Positions 51,132 to 60,685 of a DNA stretch of 64,000 nucleotides are shown one piece after another. Position 1 is the first letter of the stretch, and each line of letters opens with the position of its first letter. Position numbers and translations under genes: made by a program. The notes beneath the pieces were generated by a model. That model did no database searches. It was not told the origin of the DNA and saw only the letters and a program-made list of their open reading frames with translations. The DNA comes from an uncultured Actinomycetota bacterium. Its GTDB lineage: Bacteria; Actinomycetota; Thermoleophilia; RBG-16-64-13. The stretch is from NCBI GenBank assembly GCA_963721365.1, contig CAVRJE010000025.1:21838-85837 (forward strand), in the 5' to 3' direction.

Positions 51132-52383
51132 CTACCCTTCGTCTTCCTTGCCTCTTTCATGCCGGCCCTCCAGTTCGGCCACCAGTTCGTCGAGGAACAG
51201 GCCCACGTCGGTCACTATGCCGATCGTCTGGAAGCTGCCGCGGTCGGCCAGCTTGGTCACGGCCGCCGGGTTGATGTCGACGCACACGGTGTGCACCGAG
51301 GCCGCCAGCAGGTTGCCGGTGGCTATCGAGTGCAGCATGCTGCAGAGCATGAGGCAGAGCCCGGCGCCGCGCACGTGCTCGCGCATGCGCTGCTGGGCCT
51401 CCATCGGAGTCGGTGATCACGTCGGGGAGCGGGCCGTCGTCGCGTATCGACCCGGCCAGCACGTAGGGGATGCCCCGGCGCACGATCTCGTAGAACAGGC
51501 CCTTTGGTGAGCACGCCCTGCTCCACGGCCGGCCGGATGCCTCCGGCCCGCCGTATGCGGTTGATGGCGCGCAGGTGATGCTCGTGACCGCCCTCGACCG
51601 ACTCGCCCTACCGTGAGGTTGATGCCCAGCGAGGTGTCGAAGAAGGCCGACTCGATGTCGTGCACAGCGACGGCATTGCCGCCGAAGACCACGTCGATCC
51701 AGCCGCCGGCGACCAGCCGGGCGAACGCAGGAGCGGCTCCGGTGTGGACGATCGCCGGGCCCAAGACGGCGACGATCTTCTTGCCGGCGGCCCGGTTCTC
51801 CCGCATGAGGCGGGCGACCCGCGCGACCACCAGCCGCTTGGGCTTCTCCGAGGAGACCGCCGAGCCCATGAACTCGAAGGCCCGCGAGGCCTGGTCGTGG
51901 CCCAGCGGCACCACGCGCATGCCCCGGCTGCCCACCACGAGGCGGTCGCCGGCCCGGACCTGGATAAGGGGTATCGTGCGCGCGACGCCGGCCTCCGGGT
52001 CCACCAGGATGCCGCAGTCCATCTCCGGCCAATCGACCGGGATCCAGCGGCCCTCGAAGCGGATGAACGTCTCGAGGTTGGTGGTGGAGTAGAAGTCCTC
52101 GGGGAAGACGCCGTCCGCCGGGCGCCGCTTCGAGCCGGGCGTCGTGCTGCTCGACCAATTCCACGCCGTGCTGCTGCAGGTCGCGCAGGATCCTGTCCAG
52201 CTGGACCTCGTCGGCCGCGGTCACCCGGAGGACGGCCAGCGAATGGTCGTCCTTCTCCCGGCCCATCTTGAAGCGGAGGATGCGGTACTCGCCACCGCGC
52301 TCGAGGATGTCGTCGAGCACCTGCGGCAGCAGGAGCGAATCGATGATGTGTCCTTCGAGCTTGATGTCCTCGTAGGCGCTCAC
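51132..52383 (-). CDS. TIGR00300-type protein (LOR/SDH conserved region, archaeal-type ornithine cyclodeaminase-like); at least 4 frame breaks
   Basis: [41 protein letters not shown]...[12 protein letters not shown]...[37 protein letters not shown]...[22 protein letters not shown]...[35 protein letters not shown]. Confidence 0.65.
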
Positions 52384-52396
52384 CGTTCGCTAGTGC

Positions 52397-53068
52397 TCAG
52401 AGCTGGTCTTGCCATCGACGCGAGCGGCTCGATCCGGTGCAGGGACCGTCGCAGATCGACGTCCATGGTCCTCGTGACCCGAGAGGTCGGTCGTGCAGTA
52501 GGGCCTGCGAGCGTGCTCTGCACGCCGGGCTCGACTCTAGTAGGCTCGCGGTGCTGAGCGGCTTCCGGTGCCCTCGTGGATGTAGCCGCAGTTGCGGCAG
52601 TGCCACTTGACCGCGGTGTCCCGCTTGAAGACCCGGCCGTTCTCCACGTTGGCCAGCAGCTTGCGGTAGCGGAGCTCGTGCTGCTCCTCGACTTCGGCGA
52701 TCTCGCTGAAGGAGGCCGCGACGTCCTTGAAGCCTTCGTCCTCGGCGACATGCCGCGAAACCCGGATAGAGCGCGCCCCACTCTTCCTTCTCGCCCTCGG
52801 CCGCGGCCAGGAGGTTCTCTGCGGTGCTGCCGGTCTTGCCGGCGGGGTAGGTGGCGGTGATCTCCGCCGGTCCGCCTTCCAGGTAATCGAAGAAGATCTG
52901 GGCGTGCTCCTTCTCGTTGTCCGCCGTTTCCGCGAAGATGGCGGCTATCTGCTCGAAGCCCTCCTTCTTTGCCTTGCTCGCGAAGTAGGTGTACCGGTTG
53001 CGCGCTTGGCTCTCGCCTGCGAACGCCTTGAGCAGGTTCTGCTCGGTCTGGGAACCTTTCATCTTCAT
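52397..53068 (-). CDS. Rubrerythrin; at least 2 frame breaks; C-terminal rubredoxin-like part unresolved
   Basis: ATG 53068 (AAGGAG RBS): MKMKGSQTEQNLLKAFAGESQARNRYTYFASKAKKEGFEQIAAIFAETADNEKEHA...; after shifts FSEIAEVEEQHELRYRKLL...KWHCRNCGYIHEG. The second CxxC could not be placed cleanly. Confidence 0.8.
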   Translation of the reverse strand: MKMKGSQTEQNLLKAFAGESQARNRYTYFASKAKKEGFEQIAAIFAETADNEKEHAQIFFDYLEGGPAEITATYPAGKTGSTAENLLAAAEGEKEEWGALYPGFAACRRGRRLQGRRGLLQRDRRSRGAARAPLPQAAGQRGERPGLQAGHRGQVALPQLRLHPRGHRKPLSTASLLESSPACRARSQALLHDRPLGSRGPWTSICDGPCTGSSRSRRWQDQL

Positions 53069-53297
53069 GGTCCTAGGTCTCCTTTCACAACGGGCGGAAG
53101 AGCGAAATACACTATCTATCAGGATGGCACACAAGCCCGGGGGTTGTCAGCCCCGACGGAAACAGCGGGGCGGGCGGTCGGGGCGGGTCCGCCCGGCGGC
53201 GCGGCGCAATCAGCGGGTCGGGCACCGTCAGCCGGTGGGGCGCCGGTCCGTCGCTGTCGCTTGGCGCCGCCCCGCGGTCACCGCCGGGGCGCGGTCA

Positions 53298-54702
53298 CTA
53301 CGCCGTCGGGTCGGTCACCCGGCCGAGGAACAGGATGGCGCCGGTGTCGCGATCGCGCAGGGCGAACAGGAAGGGCCGGTCGACCTTGATCTGCACCATG
53401 GTCATCGGCGCCGCCGTGGCCCGCATGATCACCGCGGTCGCCGCGGCCGCTTCGGTGCCCTCTTCGTCGACCGCGATGTAGGCCTCGTGGATGACGTCGC
53501 TTATGTACAGAGCTTCCTGCCTCGTCATGCCCGAGAAGTCCGCTGCTTGAGGGTCGAACGCCTTTTCCATCCCCAGAGCTTTCAGCGCGTCGGCGAGACC
53601 CGCCTGCGTGCGGAACTCGAACTTCGGCATGGTCAGATCCACCTCGGCGTCTCTCGACAGCCCGCCGGCGACCTCCTCGATCAGGCCGTTCTTCAGCCGT
53701 CCCTCGATCTCCGCGAAACGTCCCTGCTCGGGCACTATCAGCAGCATGGCGAGCTCGTCCCGGGCGTACGGCAGCTCGACGGCCTCCCAGCCTTCGCCCT
53801 TCCCGTAGGCGAATCCGGCCGACTGGCTCATCATCGGAGTGGTCACCGCGGAGCCGGCGAGCGTGGTGAACTGCCGTCGGCGGTCATGGCCTTGTCGAAC
53901 TGGACGCCCAGGTGGCGTCGAGGTAGACCGCGTTGACCAGTACCAGCCGGGTGAGTTCGTCGAGCGCACCCTGAGGTATCAGATCCTTGATCTTGTCCTC
54001 CGTCTGGCCGGCCACCCACTCGTTGATCGTCGTGCGCGCGTCTTCGGCAGCCGTCTTGTAGTCGACCAGGCGCACCCCGGCCCCGTAGTCGGCGGCCAGG
54101 GTATCGAGGAAGAGCTTCTCGAACGGCAGGTCCTTCTGCGCCCACAGGCTGTTGGCCGTCTTGACGAGCACTCCCTGGTCCTTGCCCTCGGAGTCCTTGC
54201 CCTGCCAACTGCGGGATTCAAGGAGGGAGTCGAGCGAGTTGAAGGCCTGATGCAGGGCATCGCCTTGCAGCTCGAAGTGGAGCGTCTTCGCCATCTCCTC
54301 CGCGGTCGCTCCCGCCGCGCCGGCGTAGGTCATCGCCAGGGCGGTCTCGATGCTGGCGGGCGAGAACACCAGGTTCCCGTCGCCCGCCGTCTTGGCGAGC
54401 ACCGCGTAGAGGTCGCTTCCAAAGGCGCCCAGGGCCTTCGACGCGGAGAGGATGTCTGCCCGAGGGGCCGAGGCCGAGACCCGGGACAGGTCGGAGGTCG
54501 CCAGGAGAACGCCGTCATGCGCGGCGCTCCCGGTGGTGCTGGTCGTCACGCCGTTGCTCGTGGACGTCGTCGTGTCGTCACCCGGCGGGGTACCGCACGA
54601 CACCAGAAAGAACAGCCCCCCGAACAAGAGCGCTGCCGGGAGGACCGCCATGAGCGCAGGTCCGAGCCCTGATCGAGTGGAAATGGGACGTGACTGCGTC
54701 AT
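53298..54702 (-). CDS. Serpin (serine protease inhibitor) with lipoprotein signal; one frame break near 53900
   Basis: ATG 54702: MTQSRPISTRSGLGPALMAVLPAALLFGGLFFLVSCG (lipobox), T-rich linker, ...NLVFSPASIETALAMTYAGA...LVLVNAVYLDATW..., a shift, then ...IAVDEEGTEAAAATAVIMRATAAPMTMVQIKVDRPFLFALRD (hinge plus reactive-centre loop). Confidence 0.8.
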
Positions 54703-54813
54703 GGCTCCCCTCCTCGTTCCGAAACCGTCCTGCTCCCCGCAGTTCCGACGCCTTCTATATCGAACAGGGTTCCGGTCCGAACAGGCCGTCGCGCCGCCGC
54801 GCTGGCCGTCTCT

Positions 54814-54843
54814 TTGACAGTTCCTGCCGCGGCAGGGAATAAT
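54814..54843 (+). promoter_or_regulatory. Near-consensus promoter with a palindrome in the spacer (upstream of the LCP gene)
   Basis: TTGACA (54814-54819), 18-nt spacer containing TTCCTGCCGCGGCAGGGAA (near-perfect palindrome), AATAAT (54838-54843). About 88 nt before ATG 54931. Confidence 0.45.
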
Positions 54844-54930
54844 GACGGCTACACTTATGCAGGTATCGTATGTCACACCCGCGGTTCGCAGGGGAACCGG
54901 TTTGCCTCCAGAATCTGTCCGAGTGATTGG

Positions 54931-56430
54931 ATGATGAGGCCCACCGTCTACACCAGCCGCCCCCGGGACAGCTACCCGGCCCGCCTGTTGAGGGCGCTCT
55001 ATTCGGCCATCATCCCGGGCGTCGGCCAGCTCGTCGCGGGGGTCCGGCGCCGCGGTTTCGTTCTACTCGCCATATTCCTCCTCGTCTCCCTGGTGGGCGT
55101 CATCATCCTCACCCGAGGCGTCGACGCCATTCTCGCCTGGGTGGTCCAGCCCAAGGTCCTTCTGGCTCTTCTGTGGGTCAACATCATCATCATGCTGGTG
55201 CGGATGTTCGCGGTCATCGACGCCTGGATGACCGCCAAGGTGGGTACTCTGAAGCCCGTCCGTCCTTCGGGCCCCGGCATTCTGATGACCGGGGTGGGAC
55301 TGGCTCTTATCCTCGTGTTCACCGTCGCTCCACACGCCGTGGCCGGCTACTACACCATCGTCTCCCACAATCTCCTCACCACGGTCTTCGCGGGCGAGCG
55401 ATGGCAACGGCACAAAGCCTTCGACCACGACCACCCATCGCTCGACCAACACCTCCGGCGGGCTCTCCCGGTTCCGAGACCACAGAGACCAGCGAGAGCA
55501 CGACCACCACCCTCCCTCTCGACTGGGGCAGCGACGGCCGCATGACGATACTGCTCATAGGCACCGACGCCGGCTATCGGGCGCACAGGGGCGCGGGCCG
55601 ACTCCATGAACGTGGCGAGCATCGACATGAAGACAGGCAACGTGGCCATCTTCGGCCTCCCGCGGAACACGGGCGACACTCCTCTCGGCAAGAAGACGGC
55701 CGCCGCTCTGGGCATGAAGACGTATCCGGAGATGCTCAACAGTCTGTACACGGCGGCATTGCAGCATCCCGAGATCGCTCCTGACGGTGGCGATCCCGGC
55801 GCGGAGGCCGTCATGGAGACGGCCAGCCTCATCCTGGGCATGCCCATCGACTACTACGCGGTCGTGAACATGATGGGCCTGGTCGACATGGTCGACGCCC
55901 TGGGAGGGATCGACGTCAATCTCAAGACGGCCCTCCACATCACCTACGCCCCGCTCAACGAGGGGGAACCGAAGAAGTCCTACATCTTCAACGTGGGAGT
56001 CAACCACCTCGACGGGCTCGAAGCCCTGGCCTACGCCCGCGACCGCTCGGACAGCGATGACTACGTGCGCATGGGGCGGCAGCGCTGCGTGATCATGGCC
56101 ATGCTCTACCAGAACAGCGTGTCCAAGCTGACGCTGCGATTCCCGAAGATCGCCGGCGCGCTCCAGAAGAGCGTGGAGACGAACCTGCCTCTCAGCGCTC
56201 TGCCCGACCTGATCAAGCTGCGCAGCAAGGTCAAGACCAACGAGATGATCTCCGTGGGCTTCACCCCGCCGGACTGGATCAGCGGCTACAACGCCAAGCG
56301 GTACAACGTGCTCGACTTCGTCAAGGTCAAGGCGGCGGTCAAGACCATCCTCAACGATCCACAAGCCTGGATCGCCGCGCATCCCGACCGCGGTCACCGC
56401 GGGCGGCGCCTCCGACTGCTGGAAGAATGA
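54931..56430 (+). CDS. LytR-CpsA-Psr (LCP) family protein with multi-TM N-terminus; at least 2 frame breaks
   Basis: MMRPTVYTSRPRDSYPARLLRALYSAIIPGVGQLVAG...(TMs)...RMTILLIGTDAG..., shifts, then ...MNVASIDMKTGNVAIFGLPRN...GIDVNL...LDGLEALAYARDRSDSDDYVRMGRQRCV. Confidence 0.8.
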
Positions 56431-56599
56431 CCAAGTAGCTGTCTGAACGGCGGCCGGCGCTCGCCCGGCTGGCCCGGCCGTTCGCCCGTCCGCCCCTCTG
56501 CCCGCCCGTCCGTCTTGCCCCCGTGATCTCTTCGGCGCGTGCGTTCTCGAGCCATGCGCGGAGCTGTCCGAGTCGGAATCCACAAGTACCGCACTCGAA

Positions 56600-56648
56600 T
56601 TAAGAAAATCAATGCTGTACTTGATTTTCTTAAGTTATGGCGTACAAT
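56600..56648 (+). promoter_or_regulatory. AT-rich palindromic operator overlapping a sigma-70-like promoter
   Basis: TTAAGAAAATCAA (56600-56612) and TTGATTTTCTTAA (56621-56633): perfect 13-bp arms, 8-nt spacer. -35 TTGATT (56621-56626), 16-nt spacer, -10 TACAAT (56643-56648). About 55 nt before ATG 56704. The most AT-rich stretch I saw in the window. Confidence 0.6.
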
Positions 56649-56703
56649 AATGGGGTCAGCAAGCGGCTAAAGCACAGGCACGTGCCGGACGCGGGAGAGC
56701 ACT

Positions 56704-57064
56704 ATGAGTGAGTGGCAGGAATTGACCGACCTGGTGGGGGACCGGCCGTTCGCGGTGACCGAGGTCCGGCTCACGGACCAGGACGATCGGCATACGGGGG
56801 GAGTTCGAGCTGCCGCCGCTCGCCGGCCTGCGCTTCGAGGACCAGGTGTTCGTCAGCGAGTTCGTACGCTGCCACGGGTCCATCAAGTACATGGAGAAGG
56901 CCTTCGGCATCAGCTACCCCACCGTCAAGAACAGGCTGAACCGCATCGTGCAGCAACTTCACCTGGTGGAGGTGGAGCAGGTGAGCGAGAAGGATGAGGT
57001 GTTCGACCTGCTCGAGCGCGGGCAGATCACCGTGCAGGAAGCGACCGAAAGGCTGGAGCGATGA
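56704..57064 (+). CDS. DUF2089-like HTH protein lacking the usual N-terminal Cys pairs; one frame break at the G6 run 56796-56801
   Basis: MSEWQELTDLVGDRPFAVTEVRLTDQD..., a shift, then GEFELPPLAGLRFEDQVFVSEFVRCHGSIKYMEKAFGISYPTVKNRLNRIVQQL. Matches the remembered DUF2089 core (FELP..A.L....F...F......K..E...GISYPT.R..L). Confidence 0.65.
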
Positions 57065-57345
57065 AGATGCCGCCGTACGCCGTGGCCCTGCGCATCGTCG
57101 AGCAGGAGCGGACCAAGTTCAGCATCTGGTTCCCCCTGTTCCTGCTGTGGCCCCTGGCCATCTGTCTTCCTGGCTGCTGACCTTCGTCGCCACGCTGCCT
57201 GGTGGATGCCTTCCGCTTGCTCTCCGGCCAGAGAGGCGCCTACACCCGCCTGCTGGTGGGCGTACTCGGCGTGGTCGGCGAGACCAGGGGAGTGGAAGTC
57301 TTCATTCAGGACCCCGCCCGTACCGTAGCGTTCACGCTGCGCTAG
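57061..57345 (+). CDS. Small membrane protein; about 2 frame breaks
   Basis: ATGA overlap with the DUF2089 stop: MKMPPYAVALRIVEQERTKFSIWFPLFLLWPLAI...TFVATLPGG...DAFRLLSGQRGAYTRLLVGVLGVVGETRGVEVFIQDPARTVAFTLR* (TAG 57343-57345). Confidence 0.45.
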
Positions 57346-57358
57346 AAAGGAGAACATC

Positions 57359-57784
57359 ATGAGCCAGGAACGTGACCGCATACTCGACCTACTGGCCGCC
57401 GGCAAGATCACCGCCGAGGAGGCGGGGCGGCTGCTGGATGCCGTGGACTCGGCGGGCGGCGCAGGCCGCGAGCGCGCCCGCCGCCCCCAAGAGCGTCCCG
57501 GCGAACTGCCCAAGTTCATGTACGTCAAGGTCCTCAGCACCAAGGGGGACAACGTGAACGTCAAGATCCCGCTCAGCCTGGTGCGCGCGGGTCTCAAGCT
57601 CACGTCGCTCATCCCGCCGCAGGCCATGGAGCAGATCGACAAGTCGATGGCGGAGAAGGGCATGTCCATCGATCTGAAGAACCTCAAGCCGGAGGACCTC
57701 GAGGACCTCATCGAGTCGCTCCGGGAGATGGAGATCAGCGTCGACGCCGCCAACGGGGATAATGTGCGCGTGTACGCTGCGTAG
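57359..57784 (+). CDS. Hypothetical protein with an N-terminal SHOCT-like helix (YvlB/LiaX-N-like, tentative)
   Basis: Intact 141 aa after AAAGGAG: MSQERDRILDLLAAGKITAEEAGRLLDAV...KFMYVKVLSTKGDNVNVKIPLSLVRAGLKL... Confidence 0.6.
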   Translation: MSQERDRILDLLAAGKITAEEAGRLLDAVDSAGGAGRERARRPQERPGELPKFMYVKVLSTKGDNVNVKIPLSLVRAGLKLTSLIPPQAMEQIDKSMAEKGMSIDLKNLKPEDLEDLIESLREMEISVDAANGDNVRVYAA

Positions 57785-57859
57785 CGGCCGCCGCGGGCGC
57801 GACGGCCATCGCGGCCGTCGGCCAGGCGCAGTGCGCCGTGGCAGCGGAAAGGAGAAGCC

Positions 57860-58585
57860 GTGCAACCCGATGTCTCGCCGATACTCGAACGGCTGTCGAT
57901 AACGGAGCCGCTCATCGGCTTCTACGACGCTCCCGACCCGCTCCGTTCGCGCCGCTGGTGCTGCCGCAAGGGACGGCGAGTGCGTGTTCAAGGTCGCACC
58001 ACGGCGTGGAGGGAGGGCAAGACCCTTCACTCACCAAGGAGAAGCACGGCTGCGGCGCCATGCACCTGCTCGGGCATGCGCCGAGCGCTCCCGCGAGGAA
58101 CTGGTGGAGTTCCTGTGCGACGAGGAGGGGCTCAAGGCCTCGCACGAGCTGATGAACCTCTGGCTCGATTCCGCCCCCCACTACGAGCCGCGACACGAGC
58201 AACGTGCTGATCGGGCCCCTGCGTCCCGATCAGTACGAGTATCTGCGCACCGTGACCTTCTACGTCAACCCCGACCAGCTGTCGGTGCTCACCGCCGGCG
58301 CCATCTACTACAGCCACCCGGATGATCTGGACGCCGCTCGTCGCCCGGTTCGGGTCGGGCTGCATGCAGCTGGCGCCGCTGTTCGACGATCTGGAGGCTC
58401 CGCAGGCGCTCATCGGGGCCCTGGACCAGGCCGCGCGGGCCGACCTCGACCCGTGCACGCTCGCCTTCACGGTGACCAAGCCGATGTTCGAACTGCTGTG
58501 CCGGTGGGCCGCCGACCCGCGCAGTTCGCTGCACAACCGGTTCCTGGGCACACTGCTGCGGGCGCGGGGAGGGTCGCTGGCCTGA
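57860..58585 (+). CDS. Hypothetical protein, possibly DUF169-like; at least 4 frame breaks
   Basis: GTG 57860 after GGAAAGGAG. Conserved-looking pieces in three frames: ILERLSITEPLIGFYDAPDP / CVFKVAP / KEKHGCGAMHLLG / REELVEFLCDEEGLKASHELMNLWL / VLIGPLRPDQYEYLRTVTFYVNPDQLSVLTAGAIYYSHPDD / FGSGCMQLAPLF...LAFTVTKPMFELL. The family call is tentative. Confidence 0.45.
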
Positions 58586-58615
58586 GCGGCCTGGCCGGCG
58601 GCGTCGCCGCACCCG

Positions 58616-59833
58616 CTATCCCAGCGGCGCCAGCGCCTCGTCGATGTCGGCGATGAGGTCGGCGGGGTCTTCCAGACCCACCGAGAGCCGGAAGACGCCG
58701 TCTCCCGCAAACGCCCTGTACGAAGCCTCCTGCTCGGGAGTCAGATGGAACGAGGTGCGCATGAGATCGGCGGTCGGCAGGTAGCAGACGAGCGAACGGT
58801 GGTGCCCCAGCGAGACCGCGTAGTGGATGGTCTGAAGCCGCTCCGAAAGCAGCCGGGCCGCGGCCGGCCCATCGGCCACCTGGAACGTCAGCATCCCCGA
58901 GAAGTTCTCAAGTTGCCGCTTCGCCAGCTCGTGTTGGGGATGCGAGGGCAGCCCGGGATAGATGACCCGGGTGACCAGGGGATGGCCCTCGAGGTGCTCG
59001 GCCACCGCGAGCGCGCCTTCCTGGTGAGCGGCCATCCGGATCGGCAACGTCGCCGCTCCCCGCAGGATCAACCAGGCGTTGAAGGGGCTGAGCACACCGC
59101 CCACGTGGATGGCGAGCGAACGCAGCTTGACCAATTCCGAGCGTCTGCCTGACACGGCCCCACCGATCGCGTCGCCGTGTCCGCAGATGTACTTCGTCAG
59201 GGACTGGACGACGAAATCCGCTCCCCGCTCGGCAGGCCGGAGTCCGACGGGCGTCGCGAACGTGGAGTCAACGGCGACCAGCGACCCTGCGTCGTGGGCC
59301 ATGGCGATGACGGCATCCACATCGGTGAGGCGCAGCAGGGGATTGGCCGGCGACTCCAGGTACACCAGCCGGGTGTTTGGGCGGAGGGCTCGGCGCACGT
59401 TCTCCGGGTCCGACGTGTCCACCCGGCTCACCTCGATCGCCAGTTGGGGCAGTCTGTCGTTTGCCAACTCGGACGCCGCCGCGTATGTCACGTCGCTCAT
59501 GACGACGTGATCGCCTGCTTTGAGGCAATGGAGGAAGAGAGCAGTGATGGCCGCCATGCCACTTGCAAAGGCCACGCAGTCCTCGGCTCCCTCCAGCACG
59601 GCGAGCTTGTCCTCGAGCTGCGCCACCGTCGGATTGCCCCACCGCGTGTAAACAAAGGGCGTCTCGTCGGTGATCTGGTCCGCCGAGAAAGAGACCCCGG
59701 GATCGATGATGAAGGTGGTCGACATGACGACGTCGGGCGCGGAGGCTCCTGTCACCGGGTTGGGCGGGTGGCCGGCGTGGACGGCGGCGGTCTTCATACC
59801 TACAGCGCGCGAGCGGTTCTCCCTGAGAGCCAT
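58616..59833 (-). CDS. Cys/Met-metabolism PLP-dependent enzyme (cystathionine gamma-synthase / methionine gamma-lyase family)
   Basis: Intact 405 aa: ...YTRWGNPTVAQLEDKLAVLEGAE...ESPANPLL...VVQSLTKYICGHGD (PLP lysine)...FRLSVGLEDPADLIADI. GGAGGAG RBS. Confidence 0.88.
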   Translation of the reverse strand: MALRENRSRAVGMKTAAVHAGHPPNPVTGASAPDVVMSTTFIIDPGVSFSADQITDETPFVYTRWGNPTVAQLEDKLAVLEGAEDCVAFASGMAAITALFLHCLKAGDHVVMSDVTYAAASELANDRLPQLAIEVSRVDTSDPENVRRALRPNTRLVYLESPANPLLRLTDVDAVIAMAHDAGSLVAVDSTFATPVGLRPAERGADFVVQSLTKYICGHGDAIGGAVSGRRSELVKLRSLAIHVGGVLSPFNAWLILRGAATLPIRMAAHQEGALAVAEHLEGHPLVTRVIYPGLPSHPQHELAKRQLENFSGMLTFQVADGPAAARLLSERLQTIHYAVSLGHHRSLVCYLPTADLMRTSFHLTPEQEASYRAFAGDGVFRLSVGLEDPADLIADIDEALAPLG

Positions 59834-59960
59834 GAGATATCTCCTCCCTGCCTGGTGCGGCCACCGACTATACCGGGCGAGTGGAGCGACAGCAACGAGA
59901 GGCGGCGGCGCTGCCGCCCGCGGAGAACGCGGGTGGGGGCGCTCTTCCGGGCCGCGGCTC

Positions 59961-59966
59961 TATAAT
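59961..59966 (+). promoter_or_regulatory. Consensus -10 box placed for a [10 protein letters not shown] NUDIX mRNA
   Basis: TATAAT ends 7 nt before ATG 59974. No RBS between them. Confidence 0.45.
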
Positions 59967-59973
59967 TCGCGGC

Positions 59974-60590
59974 ATGGACAAGGAAGAGATACGACGCCGG
60001 CTCACAGCCGCGTGCGCTCCGGACACGGACCCAGCCTCAACCGGGGGCGCGGCCGGAGCATCCATCTGGGCGGGGGCGCGCCCCGCGTCGCGGGGACGCC
60101 GCCGGTCCCCGCTGCCGTCCTCATAGCGCTGGTGGCATCCCCACGAGGTCCGGAGATCATCCTGACCGAGCGGACGGCCGAAATGAGGAACCACCCTGCG
60201 CAGATCAGCCTGCCCGGGGGGAGGATCGAGCCGGGCGACAGTAGTCCGGCGGCCGCTGCCCTACGCGAGGCCTGGGAGGAGGTCGGCCTGCCTCCCGAGA
60301 CGGTCGATATCCTCGGGTGCCTTCCGCTGCACAGGACGGTCTCGGACTACTGCGTCCATCCGTTCGTGGGCTGGGTGGAGCCGCCCGTGACCCTCGTCCC
60401 CGACGAGCGGGAAGTGGCAGACGTGTTCCTGGTGCCGCTCCAGTTCGTCATCGACCCGCTCAACCACCTGCGCGAGAGTCTCTGGCGTGACGGGCAGGAG
60501 CGCCACTACTACGTCTTGCCCTATCCAGGGCGGCGGATCTGGGGAGCGACCGCCGCTATCCTCGTCAGCTTGGCGCGGGCGCTCACGTAG
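59974..60590 (+). CDS. NUDIX hydrolase (CoA pyrophosphatase-like); one frame break near 60090
   Basis: MDKEEIRRRL..., a shift, then ...AAVLIALV...LTERTAEMRNHPAQISLPGGRIEPGDSSPAAAALREAWEEVGL (Nudix box GGx5Ex7REx2EExG). Confidence 0.8.
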
Positions 60591-60685
60591 CAGGCTGCTG
60601 AAAGGTGACGCTTCGCTCTTAAGCAGCCTCCAAGCTCGTGAGCCGGTGAGCTGCGACGAGCGAGCGGCGCCCCGGTTGCTGCCCG

